Positions 11,301-23,241 of a stretch of 64,000 nucleotides of DNA are shown here, piece by piece (the stretch's first letter is position 1; the number at the start of each line of letters is the position of its first letter). The translations under genes and the position numbers were made by a program. This DNA is from Lepidodermella squamata. Taxonomy: Eukaryota > Animalia > Gastrotricha. The notes beneath the pieces were generated by a model. It did not search any database, was not told the DNA's origin, and worked only from the letters and a program-made list of their open reading frames with translations. The DNA lies in assembly GCA_047495785.1 (NCBI GenBank), contig JBLDXI010000016.1, positions 682,001 to 746,000 on the forward strand, in the 5' to 3' direction.

Positions 11301-13653
11301 TCAAACAGCATTTGCCTTAATCCAGTCGATATGGGAAGCAACTCGCGTGAAAACTGAGTATTTGAGCCCGCAACGGATGTAGCCGAAAGAAGTTACGCCG
11401 CAAAGCTTGTAGTAACCCTGTGAACCCGCCATCATCAACGGCCCGCCAGAATCACCCTGACATGTGCTGGCCCCAGAGGTTTCATCACCTTTGAAGCAAA
11501 TTAAAGCCTTGAATTAATATAAGTCGAGGCTGAAACTGAACTTGACGAACCTGCGCACATCATAGTGTCCTTAATTACGCCGCTAGGGAACGCCGACGAA
11601 CACGTGCTCGTACTAACAATGGGCATGGTGGCGTATCGTAAAACGTCAGTCATTCCACCGAAGAAATTCGTCAGACCCCAGCCTGAAAGACAAGGCAAAA
11701 GGTGAAAATCCCACATATATGAAGGACGCCTCTAACCTGCCGTGGTGGCCAATGTTCCAACTCCACAATCATCTGAGGCTGATGCAGGCAAACAGATTTT
11801 CTGAACATTCCACTTTGAGAAATCAAGAGCGGCTGCGTGAAAAAGGGTTTTCTAAACTTCCGAGCCTGATTTGATAGGTATCTTACCAGGAAGCTTTAAT
11901 AACGCGAGGTCGTTTACGTAGGTCGCTGCGTTGTATGATGGGTGCGGCTTGCAGATTGTAGTTGAAACGGAATATTCGCCACTCTCGGCCGTATTTGTCC
12001 GATTGTGTTCCCCGACGTAAATAACAGCGGACCTTTATAATTAAGTCACTTTTTGAAAACGCGAAACAAAACTTGATGGATTACGAGAAAGTTTTCCCGG
12101 CTGCTACAACACAATGGGCGGCTGTTAGAACGTATCTGCGAAACATTATCTAAGGGAAAGTTAATTTAAGGTTGGAAAAATACCTGTCACTGATTATGCT
12201 CCCAGTGCACCATGAGGACGTTCCATCAGAAAAGGATATCAGAATTCGAACAGTCCTACATTAATAAAAACATTTGATTCAAGGCTCAAATGTAACTTTC
12301 TCTCTAACCATGGGAATTGATTGGGAAGAGCTATAGAACCTGCAACAATACCGGAGCCAGGCGCATCCCTGCTGTTGTAATACTTGGAATGGCCACAAGT
12401 ACTCGCCACATTTGTTGGTGATGGTGTCGAAGGAATTTGCTGGTTGATAACGTTTTGTATCCAAGGCAAGGCCATACACAGACGTGAGCTGTAATTATGC
12501 GAGAATATATGTGAAAATTTCAAGTAGTGCAGCAACTTACAACACTGAATCGAAATAATAAGAAGTGGATCCAGAATCGTATACGTAGGATAACGCGCCA
12601 CATAGCGTGTAACGTGTTCCGTTGAAAACCGTCAATCCTGCCCCGACGTCGTACGCCCAAGGGACGTTTCCGTTAGAGTTGGTAGCGCAAAGCTTCGCGT
12701 CTGTCACTGGAGCAGTTGTAGAGCTGTATTGAGCCTGACAACTAGCTCTATTCGAAATTTTCAACGTCGTACTCTTCAAAGTTGGTGATCTCGAAGACGA
12801 GGAAACCGATGTTGAACCCCAGCCTGATCGAGAGATAAATTGAAAAAGGTCCACGCCTCGAGAGCTAGAACGTACCAACAAGAGACGCCGAGGTCGACTC
12901 TGTGTTACACGGATCTGAACATGAGGTTGGAAGGCAGATAGATTTGACAGCCCAACTTTTGCTGAAATCAATAGCAGAGGAAAGCTTGATGATGGCAAAA
13001 TCGTAATTCCGACTGGTTAGATCAAACTGCGGATGCCACGTGTAGTCCTCAGCCGTTATCGAGAATTCAGTGGACTCGACGATTTGAGAGTTAACATCTC
13101 CGAAATACGCTCGAATATGCGATGGAAAATTATTGGAGTTCTGATAAAATAAAGCGCTTTTGACGAAAATTAACTGAGAGTGAACTGGGTTGTTTTTATG
13201 GTCTTACTATAAAGGGGTGGCTGTTGTCAAAAGATATCTGTCGCCGATGATTGTTGCGCTCAAATTGTAGGAATCCTGCATACTCGGTGTCTTGATTACC
13301 AGACGGGCATTCCACGGATGTCTGAGTAATGAGCCTATCAATTAGTTTTACCTTCAATGAACCAATTGAACTCACGCGTAAAGAGGAGCATCCACCCCGC
13401 CAAGTATTCCTATCCCACTTCCACTCTTATTATTAAAGATGAAAGAATTTATTCCACATTCTGTTGAGGGCTTAGGTGTTGTGGTGGTAGTTATGGACGG
13501 AGTGGTAGTAGGGGGATTAATCGTTGTCGAGGCTTGAACTCGAAGGCCTGGCCCGTTGTTGTCTGTGATAGAGCTCTGCACAGTGGAGCATGCTTGGCTT
13601 CGATAGGCCCCAAGGGCTGCGAGAATTCCGAGAACAAACATAGTTGCGAACAT
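11301..13653 (-). CDS. Secreted tandem S1 protease, copy C: inactive domain 1 + active domain 2, 11 exons
   Basis: Same exon structure as copy B. Domain 1 has TTATP and YDVGAG; domain 2 has IVAG, LTAAHC, NDLALLKL and STCQGDSGGPL. Stop at 11301-11303. Confidence 0.92.
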
Positions 13654-14159
13654 TGTATCAAAAAAAGAATCAGCTTCAAACTCTTCGAACTCGCATTTAT
13701 GAGCGAAACCGGGGTAGTTTCCTTTTTTGGTTGCACATCCTGTGATAATTGCTACCTTTCTTTTTCACTTTCCATAGGATATCCTAACGGAGGCGTGTCA
13801 GCGTGGGGTGCTCATACTTTTTTATTTCCAACCGTTAGGTAGTTGTGGGTGTAGCTTCCAGCTCTTACGTTTTTTCAAATGCCACGGTTTGGCGTCACGT
13901 TAATTGTAGCAAACTATGTAGCAAACTTTTGTTTTGTTCGGATTGTTGTGGCTATGCTCGATGGAAAACAAGTGTGTCTCAGCGGGAAACGGATGTTAGC
14001 AAAGCCTCAAAAACTTAGAGAAAAAGTTCAACCCACATTATTCCGTCAGGTTACGTCAATATTACATGAAAATAAAGTTGGATAAGTTTGGAAATATCAG
14101 ACCGCAGCTCAAATGCTCACAAATCCACTGTAGAGAGTACTTGAGCATTGTGAGCCTAT

Positions 14160-14570
14160 TCAAGCTTTCGATTTTTTCACGAAAGCGTTAAAGTTTTTTA
14201 GCCAACGCCTCAACGACGACCGACGCGACATGCTACCGTTAGCATTATCGTTGAATACTCGGATTTAGGCTTGTTTACATCCGTTTCAAGGCGACGGATG
14301 ACAATAAGTACAAAGTGGTTTTATTAGCGTGAATGAAAAGGCAAAAACAAAAGACTTTTCACTTGCCACCTCTCGCCTTCAAACTATCGCAAACATCTCT
14401 AAATCCGAGTTATTCAACGACACGCTAACGATACGGCGAGCAAGCAGCTTAGCCCAAATGTAGAACGGATGTGGCGTTCGGAAGAATTTTGCGGCAAAGT
14501 TTCGTGGATAGCAGGCACTCATTATTCGACATCAACATCAATTACAGCAATTTGGATGCAGCTACCAGGC
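14160..14570 (-). pseudogene. Small basic protein P6 (alpha), disrupted exon-2 remnant
   Basis: Degraded AASKLL...REILPN / PHPFYIWAKLLARRI / RRW..NAFVK sequence with an internal deletion and a MITE inserted at a TA. Confidence 0.8.
14236..14431. mobile_element. 196-bp MITE, Tc1/mariner-like
   Basis: ~32-bp imperfect terminal inverted repeats (cgttagcattatcgttgaatactcggatttag / ctaaatccgagttattcaacgacacgctaacg). TA is duplicated on both sides (14234-35, 14432-33), and paralogue P3 has a single TA here (gacatgaTAcggcg). Confidence 0.85.
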
Positions 14571-15165
14571 AGGCTGCTTCCGCTTCTCACAGCAGCCACC
14601 GTCTCTATCTTAGAGGAAGTGAATAATCGCCCGTGAATAATCATCTTGAGAGCAGCATCAAAATCTCAGGCCGTCAAAACCTTTCACAGACCCTTTTTTC
14701 ACTTGTTAACTTTTCATATTTTCAAAAAATGACTGTACAGAACTGACTACTCGGATCGCCTTGAATCTTTCAACATTAAATTCTGCCGGTTCGGGGGCCA
14801 AACTCGGATGCATGGGAAAATCGAGAGAATCGGTATTTTCATGTCGGATGATTTTAGTCACATTTTTGGTTGTCGGATGAAATAAGACATTGGTCGGATG
14901 AAAAAAGTCACACCCTGTTCAACTGATGGTGAGAAAGTGAAGCGAAAAAATGCTCATTGAGCAAAACAGCGTTGTTGTTTTATCATTTTAAAATATGGCA
15001 AGTTCATCCGAGTTCTGTTGTCTGTTCATCTTCAGCTAGTGGGGTCAAGGAATAGCTGAGAGTTAATCTTAGGCTGCGGAATGTCGAGAAAATTAAAAGC
15101 TCAAGTTAAGCGGATCTTGACCTCGACTATTCAAGCGAAATGATTCAGACAACCAGTGTTCCCGA

Positions 15166-15601
15166 TCAGCTTGCAATCTCGGTACTCTTGAAAGCGTTGC
15201 TGATCTTCTGCCAACGTCGCTCTGATGACATGATGCGTCGAACAAGCAGCTTGGCCCAAATGTAGAATGGGTGCGGCGATGCGTTTTCGCAAAGGCTTTT
15301 CATGTCAGTGATGGGTAGAATTTGCCGGCAGTGCTTAAGAGCTATAAGGTGCTCGTTTTTCGACATCAACCCAAGAATCCTAGAAGCAGCTTTCACCTTG
15401 CGCCTCAAAATTAACATCTGCACGCGATCTGGGAGAATTTCATGTGAAATCTCAAATAAGAAATTTAAAACAAAGCTTTAACAAACTTGCGAGGTATTTC
15501 TGCAAGCCAACTGTTGCAACATATTGCGATAGAGAGTCGTCATCACGGTCGCTCAACAGCGATCCCACCAGTGTAATAAAAATGACCAATCTAAACCACA
15601 T
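15166..15601 (-). CDS. Unknown secreted basic protein P7 (beta), 125 aa, 2 exons (15601-15487, 15428-15166)
   Basis: MWFRLVIFITLVGSLLSDRDDDSLSQYVATVGLQKYLAN|RVQMLILRRKVKAASRILGL...HCRQILPITDMKSLCENASPHPFYIWAKLLVRRIMSSERRWQKISNAF; TATAAA about 30 nt upstream of the ATG. Confidence 0.87.
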
Positions 15602-17300
15602 TTTGCAAATTATGGACTCGGTTCCTAAACTTTATAGCCGTAAGGGCCTAATCATATATCAAATCTATCCTGACAGGAGCTGTCGAGTCACGTAATTGAT
15701 TTGTTTCCTGATTACTCTTCTGCTTAATTTTTGGGTCAATAAGTTATTGATAATGATTTAAGCGTCCTAGTCTGAACGGCCCACACAATTATCACCTCTG
15801 ATGCTAGTGACGAGTGACGGGGCAGTCAAAATTAATGGCATTGATTAGGAGTATATTATACGCGGCAATTTCTGAGGTTTTATTGAAAACGGGATTGGCA
15901 TATCTCAGGAGGCGCGGCCAAGCTGTCCACGAAACACACGTAAGTACGTCCGATCTTGCGAGAGATCTTTGACTCATTCTATCGGGTGTTGGCTTAGAAT
16001 TTTGTTTAATGTCGTTTTCGAGGTTGTTACGCACTTTTGACGTGACAGTAGTGATTAGTGATTAAGCAGACAGAAACTCCGGTAAAACGACGTAGGTCTG
16101 CTCTGCCCATGAGTAATGTTTTGCGCTATCATTCAGTTACGTTGATAGACAAAAATAAAAAGATAGTTAATAGTTACTATTCAGGCTAGAAAGGCTTAAA
16201 GATGCTGAAAAGAGGACAGGGATACGTGGTGAATTTGTCTGAAACTGGGCATCAACGCTTCATTTAATTCAACTATGTTGCTCCCGGACCCGCATAAAAG
16301 TTGTGAGATTTCAACTGTTTCCGATTAATTATGCGCGCAAAGCATCTATTTCTAGATCAAAACATCCATGAGGTCTTTTGCTAGTCGCAATCATAGAGTA
16401 TTCACTGCTAATTTTCGTGCTAGGCGCAATTGGTGACAAAAATTATGTATATCGAAAACCCCTGTCATAACTGATTTTTTCATGCCATAAAACTACGTGG
16501 ACAACGTGGAATTACGTGGTATAATCAACCCCAATTAATGTGACTAGAAAGTCCGCTCTGATTTTTTTTCCCCTACCGTATTAACTGAATTATTACCACG
16601 CCAAACCGAGAGGCAAAGCTGAAGTCACAACAGGCCATAAATTTAAGAAGAAAGTGGCAGGGAGAAGTGGCAGGGAGAAACGTGCTCTAATGTCAATTTA
16701 GGAACTGGAAACTGGAATTCAAAAGCAAAGATCGGCGGTGGATTAATATGATTAAAAATGGATTAGAAAGCATGCATGTATATCTTGATTCCATTAGGAG
16801 CCAAGCCTCAAGTAAGCAGCCTTGCGTAGCTTCATTTCTGCGGCTGCTCTCTTATAGACACCTGCCGCAATTTGACCAATGTCGGTGGAAGGCTGAAAAA
16901 ACACCTCAGTTCCCGCATCCTACTTCGCACACTGGATCGGCATATGCGCGGAATTGACCTATTTGAGGCCTGATATATCATTTCGAATGACCTGAATTCC
17001 GACTTTTTAACGAAGCTGATGACTAACCTTTTTGGCAGTACGGTAATGCTAAGCCGTTACTACGAAGACTTGATTCCACATGGCTGGTACTTCATTTGGA
17101 CTGGTAAAACCCTAGCGATTCATTCTTTTTTGTCTTTATAGAGTAAAAGAGAGATACCTCTTTTGTTTCGAGGGCAATTTACCACTACGGTTGAGGAATA
17201 TAAAAGGATGTTCAAGAAAATTGCAGAAAAATGAGCACAAAGTCACTTCGACTACTGATACTACTGAGTCACATAGTTGAGATTCCCGTTCAGCTTGCAA

Positions 17301-17738
17301 TCACTGAACTTTGGCGTTTCTCTTGAAGGCGTTGCTGATCTTCTGCCAACGTCGTTCTGAAGACATGATGTTGCGAACAAGCAGCCTGGCCCAGATGTAG
17401 AAAGGCTGAGGCGAGGCGTTAGCGCAGAGTCTGCTCGCATCGTCAGTTGGTAAAATCTTCTGGCAGTCAATAGATGAAATTGTCCGTTCGTTTACCGACA
17501 TCAGCCTCAGCAGTCTAACGGCAGCATTTAGCCGACGCGTGAGAATCAAGTTCCAAACGCGCTCTATAAGTGATGAAAGTGATGGATCAGCTTCAGTTTA
17601 TAGAATATAAAATAGTAACATACTGGCAAGGTATGACCTCAGGCCCACAATAGGTTCAACGTTCGTTAGCCCGGCTTCTTTGGTTTCGCCTATCAGCGAG
17701 CCGACAAGCGTAACAAAAACTGTCAATCGAATGCACAT
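17301..17738 (-). CDS. Unknown secreted basic protein P8 (gamma), 125 aa, 2 exons (17738-17624, 17563-17301)
   Basis: MCIRLTVFVTLVGSLIGETKEAGLTNVEPIVGLRSYLAK|RVWNLILTRRLNAAVRLLRL...DCQKILPTDDASRLCANASPQPFYIWARLLVRNIMSSERRWQKISNAFKRNAKVQ. Confidence 0.87.
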
Positions 17739-18413
17739 TCTGCGGAACACCGCGGTTGCAGATAGCAATCTTCAGCCTTATATATCGCAAATTAACGTGT
17801 TCCAATTTAATCCTGCTCTATTCTGACAGGGCGTCAACTTTATTATTCATCTGCTAATCCCTTGTGGTTAATTGCACCAGTTACCGAATTTTCCATAATT
17901 ATGGCCATTTATTTGAGTGTAATCGTGAGCTGAGATTCTAGCGTCATAATAGACATTTCGTTATAAATGTCTGGCCTGTCATGTGTCAATTTCAATCAAA
18001 GATATGAGATTTGAAAGCAATATTACAGCGGACAAATTGCTGGCAAAATATGATTGAAGGCCCAATTCCTAATTATTTGTTTTCCCTGGGATGCGAAACC
18101 TGCAGCGTCTTCAATATTTGAATTTCCTTTGATTCTGAATCGAATACAGAAACCCGAAATAAAGAAGGTTCTAAAACAATATCATGCGATCATAGGAAAA
18201 ACTCGGCAACTAGTCTTGTGTTCTTTTTCAGGAATGTTCTAGGCCAGAAACAACGCGTTCGTGCTAATGCGAAGTCTGTGGTTCTTTCGTGAGTTGACGT
18301 CGCATCATTATCGCGTGACAAAAGATAAGAAATGTCGCGATATTCTCTTATAAGCCTACTATCAGAACTCCCACAACTTGTAATCAGTGCATTGCAATAA
18401 TTGTTAAGAGGAA

Positions 18414-20007
18414 ATGACTTCCGAAAAGCTCGACTTTTATGCAACCCTTGAAGCTGTTAAAAATGCGACGCTGCCAGCTCGCTCCTTGTTCTACCTTGTA
18501 ACCCCAGCTGAGTCATCACCAGCAAGGATTGAAGATGTTCCTGATTTCATCACAGCGAGCTTCCCGTACTTCATTACAATGGTCGCAATGGAGGTCGCTG
18601 CTTCGATTTTTCTCCAAAAGAAATCCTATCAATGGAACGATATGCTAACTTCAGTATCGGCCGGTTTGTTCTCAAGAGTTTTCGAGTAAGACTCCATTTG
18701 ACGTTACTTTCTCTAAGTACTTTATTCCATCTGTTTTACCGCAGCTTATTTCCAAAGAGTATAGATTTAGCTGGGTACCTATACATCTGGAACAACTGGC
18801 GACTAATTGATATGCCGAGTGACTCGATTTGGACCTGGATTTTCTGCATGTTGGCCTTCGATCTGGGGTATTATTGCTTTCACAGAGCTGCGCATGGTAA
18901 GAGAGCATGTCTATGGCCATCCCATTACCAATTTTCGAAATTCTATTAGAAATAAACTTCTTATGGGCATTTCACCAAACACATCATAGCTCGGAGTACT
19001 ACAACTTATCGACCGCTTTGAGGCAGCCTTTGATAGCTAAATGGGGAGCTTTCGTGAGTCTAATCACCTAACCTTAATAATTGTAACTATGCTATTCTGC
19101 TTAGATCTTCTACCTGCCGATAGCATTTTTTGTTCCGCCATCGATTTACCTGGTCCACATGCAATTGAACCTGTTATATCAGTTCTGGATTCATACCGAA
19201 CTCATCGGCAATATTGGCCCTCTGGAGTTGGTTTTGAACACCGCAAGTCACCACCGAGTACACCATGGTCGTAATCCTTACTGCATCGATAAGAATTACG
19301 CCGGTTTTCTCATCATCTGGGATCGTCTTTTCGGAACTTTCGAGGCTGAACGTCAGGAGGAAAAAGTCCACTACGGTCTTATCCACAATATCAAAGATTT
19401 CGATGCTCTTTGGGTTCAATTTTGCTCCGTAAAGGATATGTGGCGTAAATTTAGGGCTAATTCTAAATCGACCAAGTATCACGGGTTGGATAAGGTTAAG
19501 AACTGTTTGAAGTCAATATTCTACGGTCCTGGCTGGTTTAGCAGGAAGCCGTACTTCCGCCTAGGAGATCCAGCCGACCTACCCCCGGTTGAACCTAATC
19601 CAAAAAGATGGGATCCTTATGTTCCTCTGTGGCAAAGCGTTTACGCAGGGGTTCATTTCCTTATCGCTACAGTCATTCATACAATAGGAACAGAGAAGAC
19701 CCGATCAATGCCGCAGATCGCTGTTATGTTAGCAGCTTTCACGATTTTGACCGTAATGTCCGTCGGCAACATTTTCAACCGCAAGAGGCTGGCGAAGCAT
19801 TTTGAGATTGCCCGATGCGCTGTCGTGATTGCCGGAGCTAAACATGTTCTTTCATCGCTTGGCATGACTGCTCTTATCACACCGATGCAAGTTATCTTTG
19901 GTGTTTCCGCAATTTTGTGGTTGTTTGCGGAAAATAATGTTGAAGCTAAAATCCCTGAAGCCGCTGAAACGAAACCGGTTAAAAAAGACGAAGCAAAGGC
20001 GCAGTAA
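18414..20007 (+). CDS. AGMO: Alkylglycerol monooxygenase paralogue 1 (4 exons)
   Basis: Fatty-acid-hydroxylase His boxes [25 protein letters not shown] and [19 protein letters not shown], plus IFYGPGW; three ~55-nt introns. Confidence 0.93.
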
Positions 20008-20383
20008 CTTATGACAACTTGGATAGCTCGCTGAAATATGTATATGCAATAATAAAATTGACGATCCATACATGCTTTCCTGCCATATTGCTATGCATAT
20101 TTTCAATAATTCATTTATCATTTAAGAAATTCTGGAATAAGTTGAATTAGCGGAAAAAAATTCATCAATGGTCTGGCGTAAAAATAGTTTTCCTATTGCT
20201 GAGCACGCGTTCAAATATTCAAATACGCGTTGGCATCACTAAATCCGCCAAGCAAATGAAGCCGAATCAAAATTCGATCTATGAAGCAAAGCTAGCGATT
20301 AGCAATTTAGGCCGAAGTTTGATGCGCATGTTACAATCATATTAACGCAATCACTTTTCACCGGCTTCGAGAGACTCCCTTAA

Positions 20384-20785
20384 CCCTTAGCCGCCGGCGC
20401 AATGACGTGTTAACTCGAGCACCTTTCAGAAAATCCCAGAAAATCAAGAAGAGGCTAAAATCAAATTCTGAGTCGGCAGAAAGTCTTACATTTAGCCTTA
20501 GATTGAAAGCCGAACCTCTTTTTCAGAAGAAATTTACCTAGGTTGCCGTTGCTATGACGTGTTAACGCGTTTTCATGACGTGTTAACAAGTCACTTGAAA
20601 TTTTTCTCACTATTTTCGACCTGGTCGGAATGGCTTTGAAAATTTGGATTTTCGGGGAGTGCTTGTTTCTAGCTATTGATTTATCATAATTTATGACGCA
20701 ACAATGGGTTCGATAGCCCAAATGCTCCGACCACGGTGAATTTTCTCCGGAATTAACGCGTGTACACCTCTTCGGCGGCTAAGGG
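20384..20785. mobile_element. 402-bp non-autonomous piggyBac-like element
   Basis: Perfect 13-bp TIRs CCCTTAGCCGCCG / CGGCGGCTAAGGG, flanked by TTAA at 20380-83 and 20786-89. Internal ATGACGTGTTAAC occurs three times. Confidence 0.88.
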
Positions 20786-21341
20786 TTAATGAGGCCCTTA
20801 GTTTGACCAATTGAGTCGACCGGAGTTTTTTCCTATCATGGAAATAAAAATGAAGCAGGCGCACAGGTAATTGTTCTGCTCTATTGTGCGATTCTCTCGG
20901 CTTCGGTAAAACGTAGCTGTGCTATTTTATGCTATCATTACAGTCGCATGAATCATCAGAAGACAGCTGAGAGCTAGGTTTTTTTCTTTACCAGGTTTTT
21001 CACCCTGCTTTGGCTCTGAGTTATTTCATGCGATTTTTTTTGCTATTCTTCAAAAGAAACAACGAAAGACTAAATGTTTCACCATGCTTTGCAGTCTATT
21101 CTGAGATGCATTTCTATTTCTTTCATGCTTTCATTTTGCTTTGAGTGTGATTTTGACAGAATGATTTTAACATAGAGTATTAAACTAGTTCAATATCCTC
21201 CCTGAGGATTCCAGGTTCAAGGTCCCTCATTTATCTTCTAGTACTGCAGATAAGAAATGTCGCAATACTATCGCTACATTAATCCCCAAGCCGCTCAATA
21301 TATATTCTTGAATGCTTGAAAATTGAAAACTAGGCCATGCA

Positions 21342-22945
21342 ATGAGTTCGGAAAAATTCGACCTTTATCAAACGCTTGAAGTGGTGCGGAATGCAACACT
21401 GCCTGCTCGATCCTTGTTCTATTTGGTTACTCCAGCCGAATCATCACCGGCGAAACTTGAAGATGTTCCTGATTTCATCACAGCAAGTTTTCCCTACTTC
21501 ATCGCGATGGTCGCTATGGAAGTAGCTGCGTCGTTATTTCTACGAAAAAGAGTGTATCAGTGGAACGATATGCTGACTTCGGTTTCAGCCGGTTTATTTT
21601 CTAGAATATTCGAGTAAGGCTGGATTTAATAGGAATTTATGGACAATTCATTTTTCTTTTTTGTCAGCCTGTTTCCGAAGAGCTTAGACTTGGCTGGTTA
21701 TCTTTACATTTGGAGCAATTGGCGTCTCATCGAAATGCCAAGCGATTCGGTATGGACTTGGATATTCTGTATGCTGGCTTTCGATTTTTGCTTCTACGTG
21801 TTCCACAGAGCAGCACATGGTAATCTGATTTATAGTGGATCGTGGATCAAAAATAATCTTACCGATCCCTTTAATTTCAGAAATAAATTTCCTATGGGCC
21901 TTTCATCAAACGCATCATAGCTCAGAGTACTACAACTTGTCAACCGCTCTGAGGCAGCCTGTTATTGGAAAGTTCGCCACAGCGGTGAGTTTTTAATTTT
22001 AAAGCCATAGCTGAGTGATAAGAAAGTTGATTCTCGCAGATCTTTCATTTACCCATCGCGTTGTTTGTCCCACCCCCGATTTATCTGGTCCACGTTCAGC
22101 TTAACTTGCTATATCAGTTCTGGATTCATACTGAGCTCATTGGTAATCTTGGCCCTCTGGAGTTGGTTTTAAACACCGCAAGTCATCACCGAGTACACCA
22201 TGGCCGTAATCCTTACTGCATCGATAAGAATTACGCCGGTTTTCTCATCATCTGGGATCGTCTTTTCGGAACTTTCGAGGCTGAACGTCAGGAGGAAAAA
22301 GTCCACTACGGTCTTATCCACAATATCAAAGACTTTGACGCTATTTGGGTGCAGTTCTGCTCTTTCAAAGATATCTGGCGTAAATTTAGGGCTAACTTGA
22401 AGTCTACAAAGTATCACGGGCTGGACAAGGCGAAAAACTGTTTCAAGTCAATCTTCTATGGCCCAGGCTGGTTTAGCAGGAAACCGCAATATCGTCTCGG
22501 GGATCCAGCCGATTTGCCACCAGTTGAACCTAACCCGAAAAAGTGGGATCCTTACATTCCCTTCTGGCAAGCTTTTTACGCCGGTATACATTTCCTTATT
22601 GCGACATTGCTGCATTCCCTATCAACGGAAAAAGCAAAGAGAATGCCTCAGCTTGGGTACATACTAGCGGCGTTCACTGTTTTGACTGTAATGTCTGTTG
22701 GCAACATCTTCAACAGAAGTCGTCATGCGAAGCTGTTTGAAATCGCCCGATGCACTGCCGTGATTTATATGGGCCAATACGTTTTAACTTCGCTTGGACT
22801 AGCTGTATTGGTCACTCCTTTGCATGTGATCTTTGCTGTTTCACTGGTTATCTGGATTTTAGCGGAAAACAGCGTGGGGATGGAAAAATCTTATGATCCC
22901 GTTGAAACAAAACCCATGGACAGCCAACAGAAAAAAGCTAATTAA
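21342..22945 (+). CDS. AGMO: Alkylglycerol monooxygenase paralogue 2
   Basis: Same four-exon structure and intact His boxes as paralogue 1. Confidence 0.93.
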
Positions 22946-23241
22946 CCTCTGAGTGTTCAACCAACTTTGAATGATTTTTGGTTATTTATGAGAATTATAA
23001 GCGAAATAAAGGCGCTTCTGTGTTCGTTGTTCATTTTCGTGAAATCCTCCATCCGTAATGAAAAAGTTGTAATGATAAGGTTGTTATATGTATCAGGTCT
23101 GGCGCGTCCTGTTGTTGACGTCGCACGCACCAAACCCCGCACGTTCTCAGTTCAAATTGTTATCTTTTACAATTGGTCATACGCAACTGGCTTTGTATGC
23201 TCTTTGGAGTCTAAAAACCTACTTTTGGACATAGTAAAAAA

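Noticed and set aside
14780-14920. Three GTCGGATGA repeats ending in CACCCTG, a possible transposon end
   Set aside because: No matching opposite terminus or TSD found.
16652-16679. 13-bp direct duplication AAGTGGCAGGGAG
   Set aside because: Two copies only; simple slippage.
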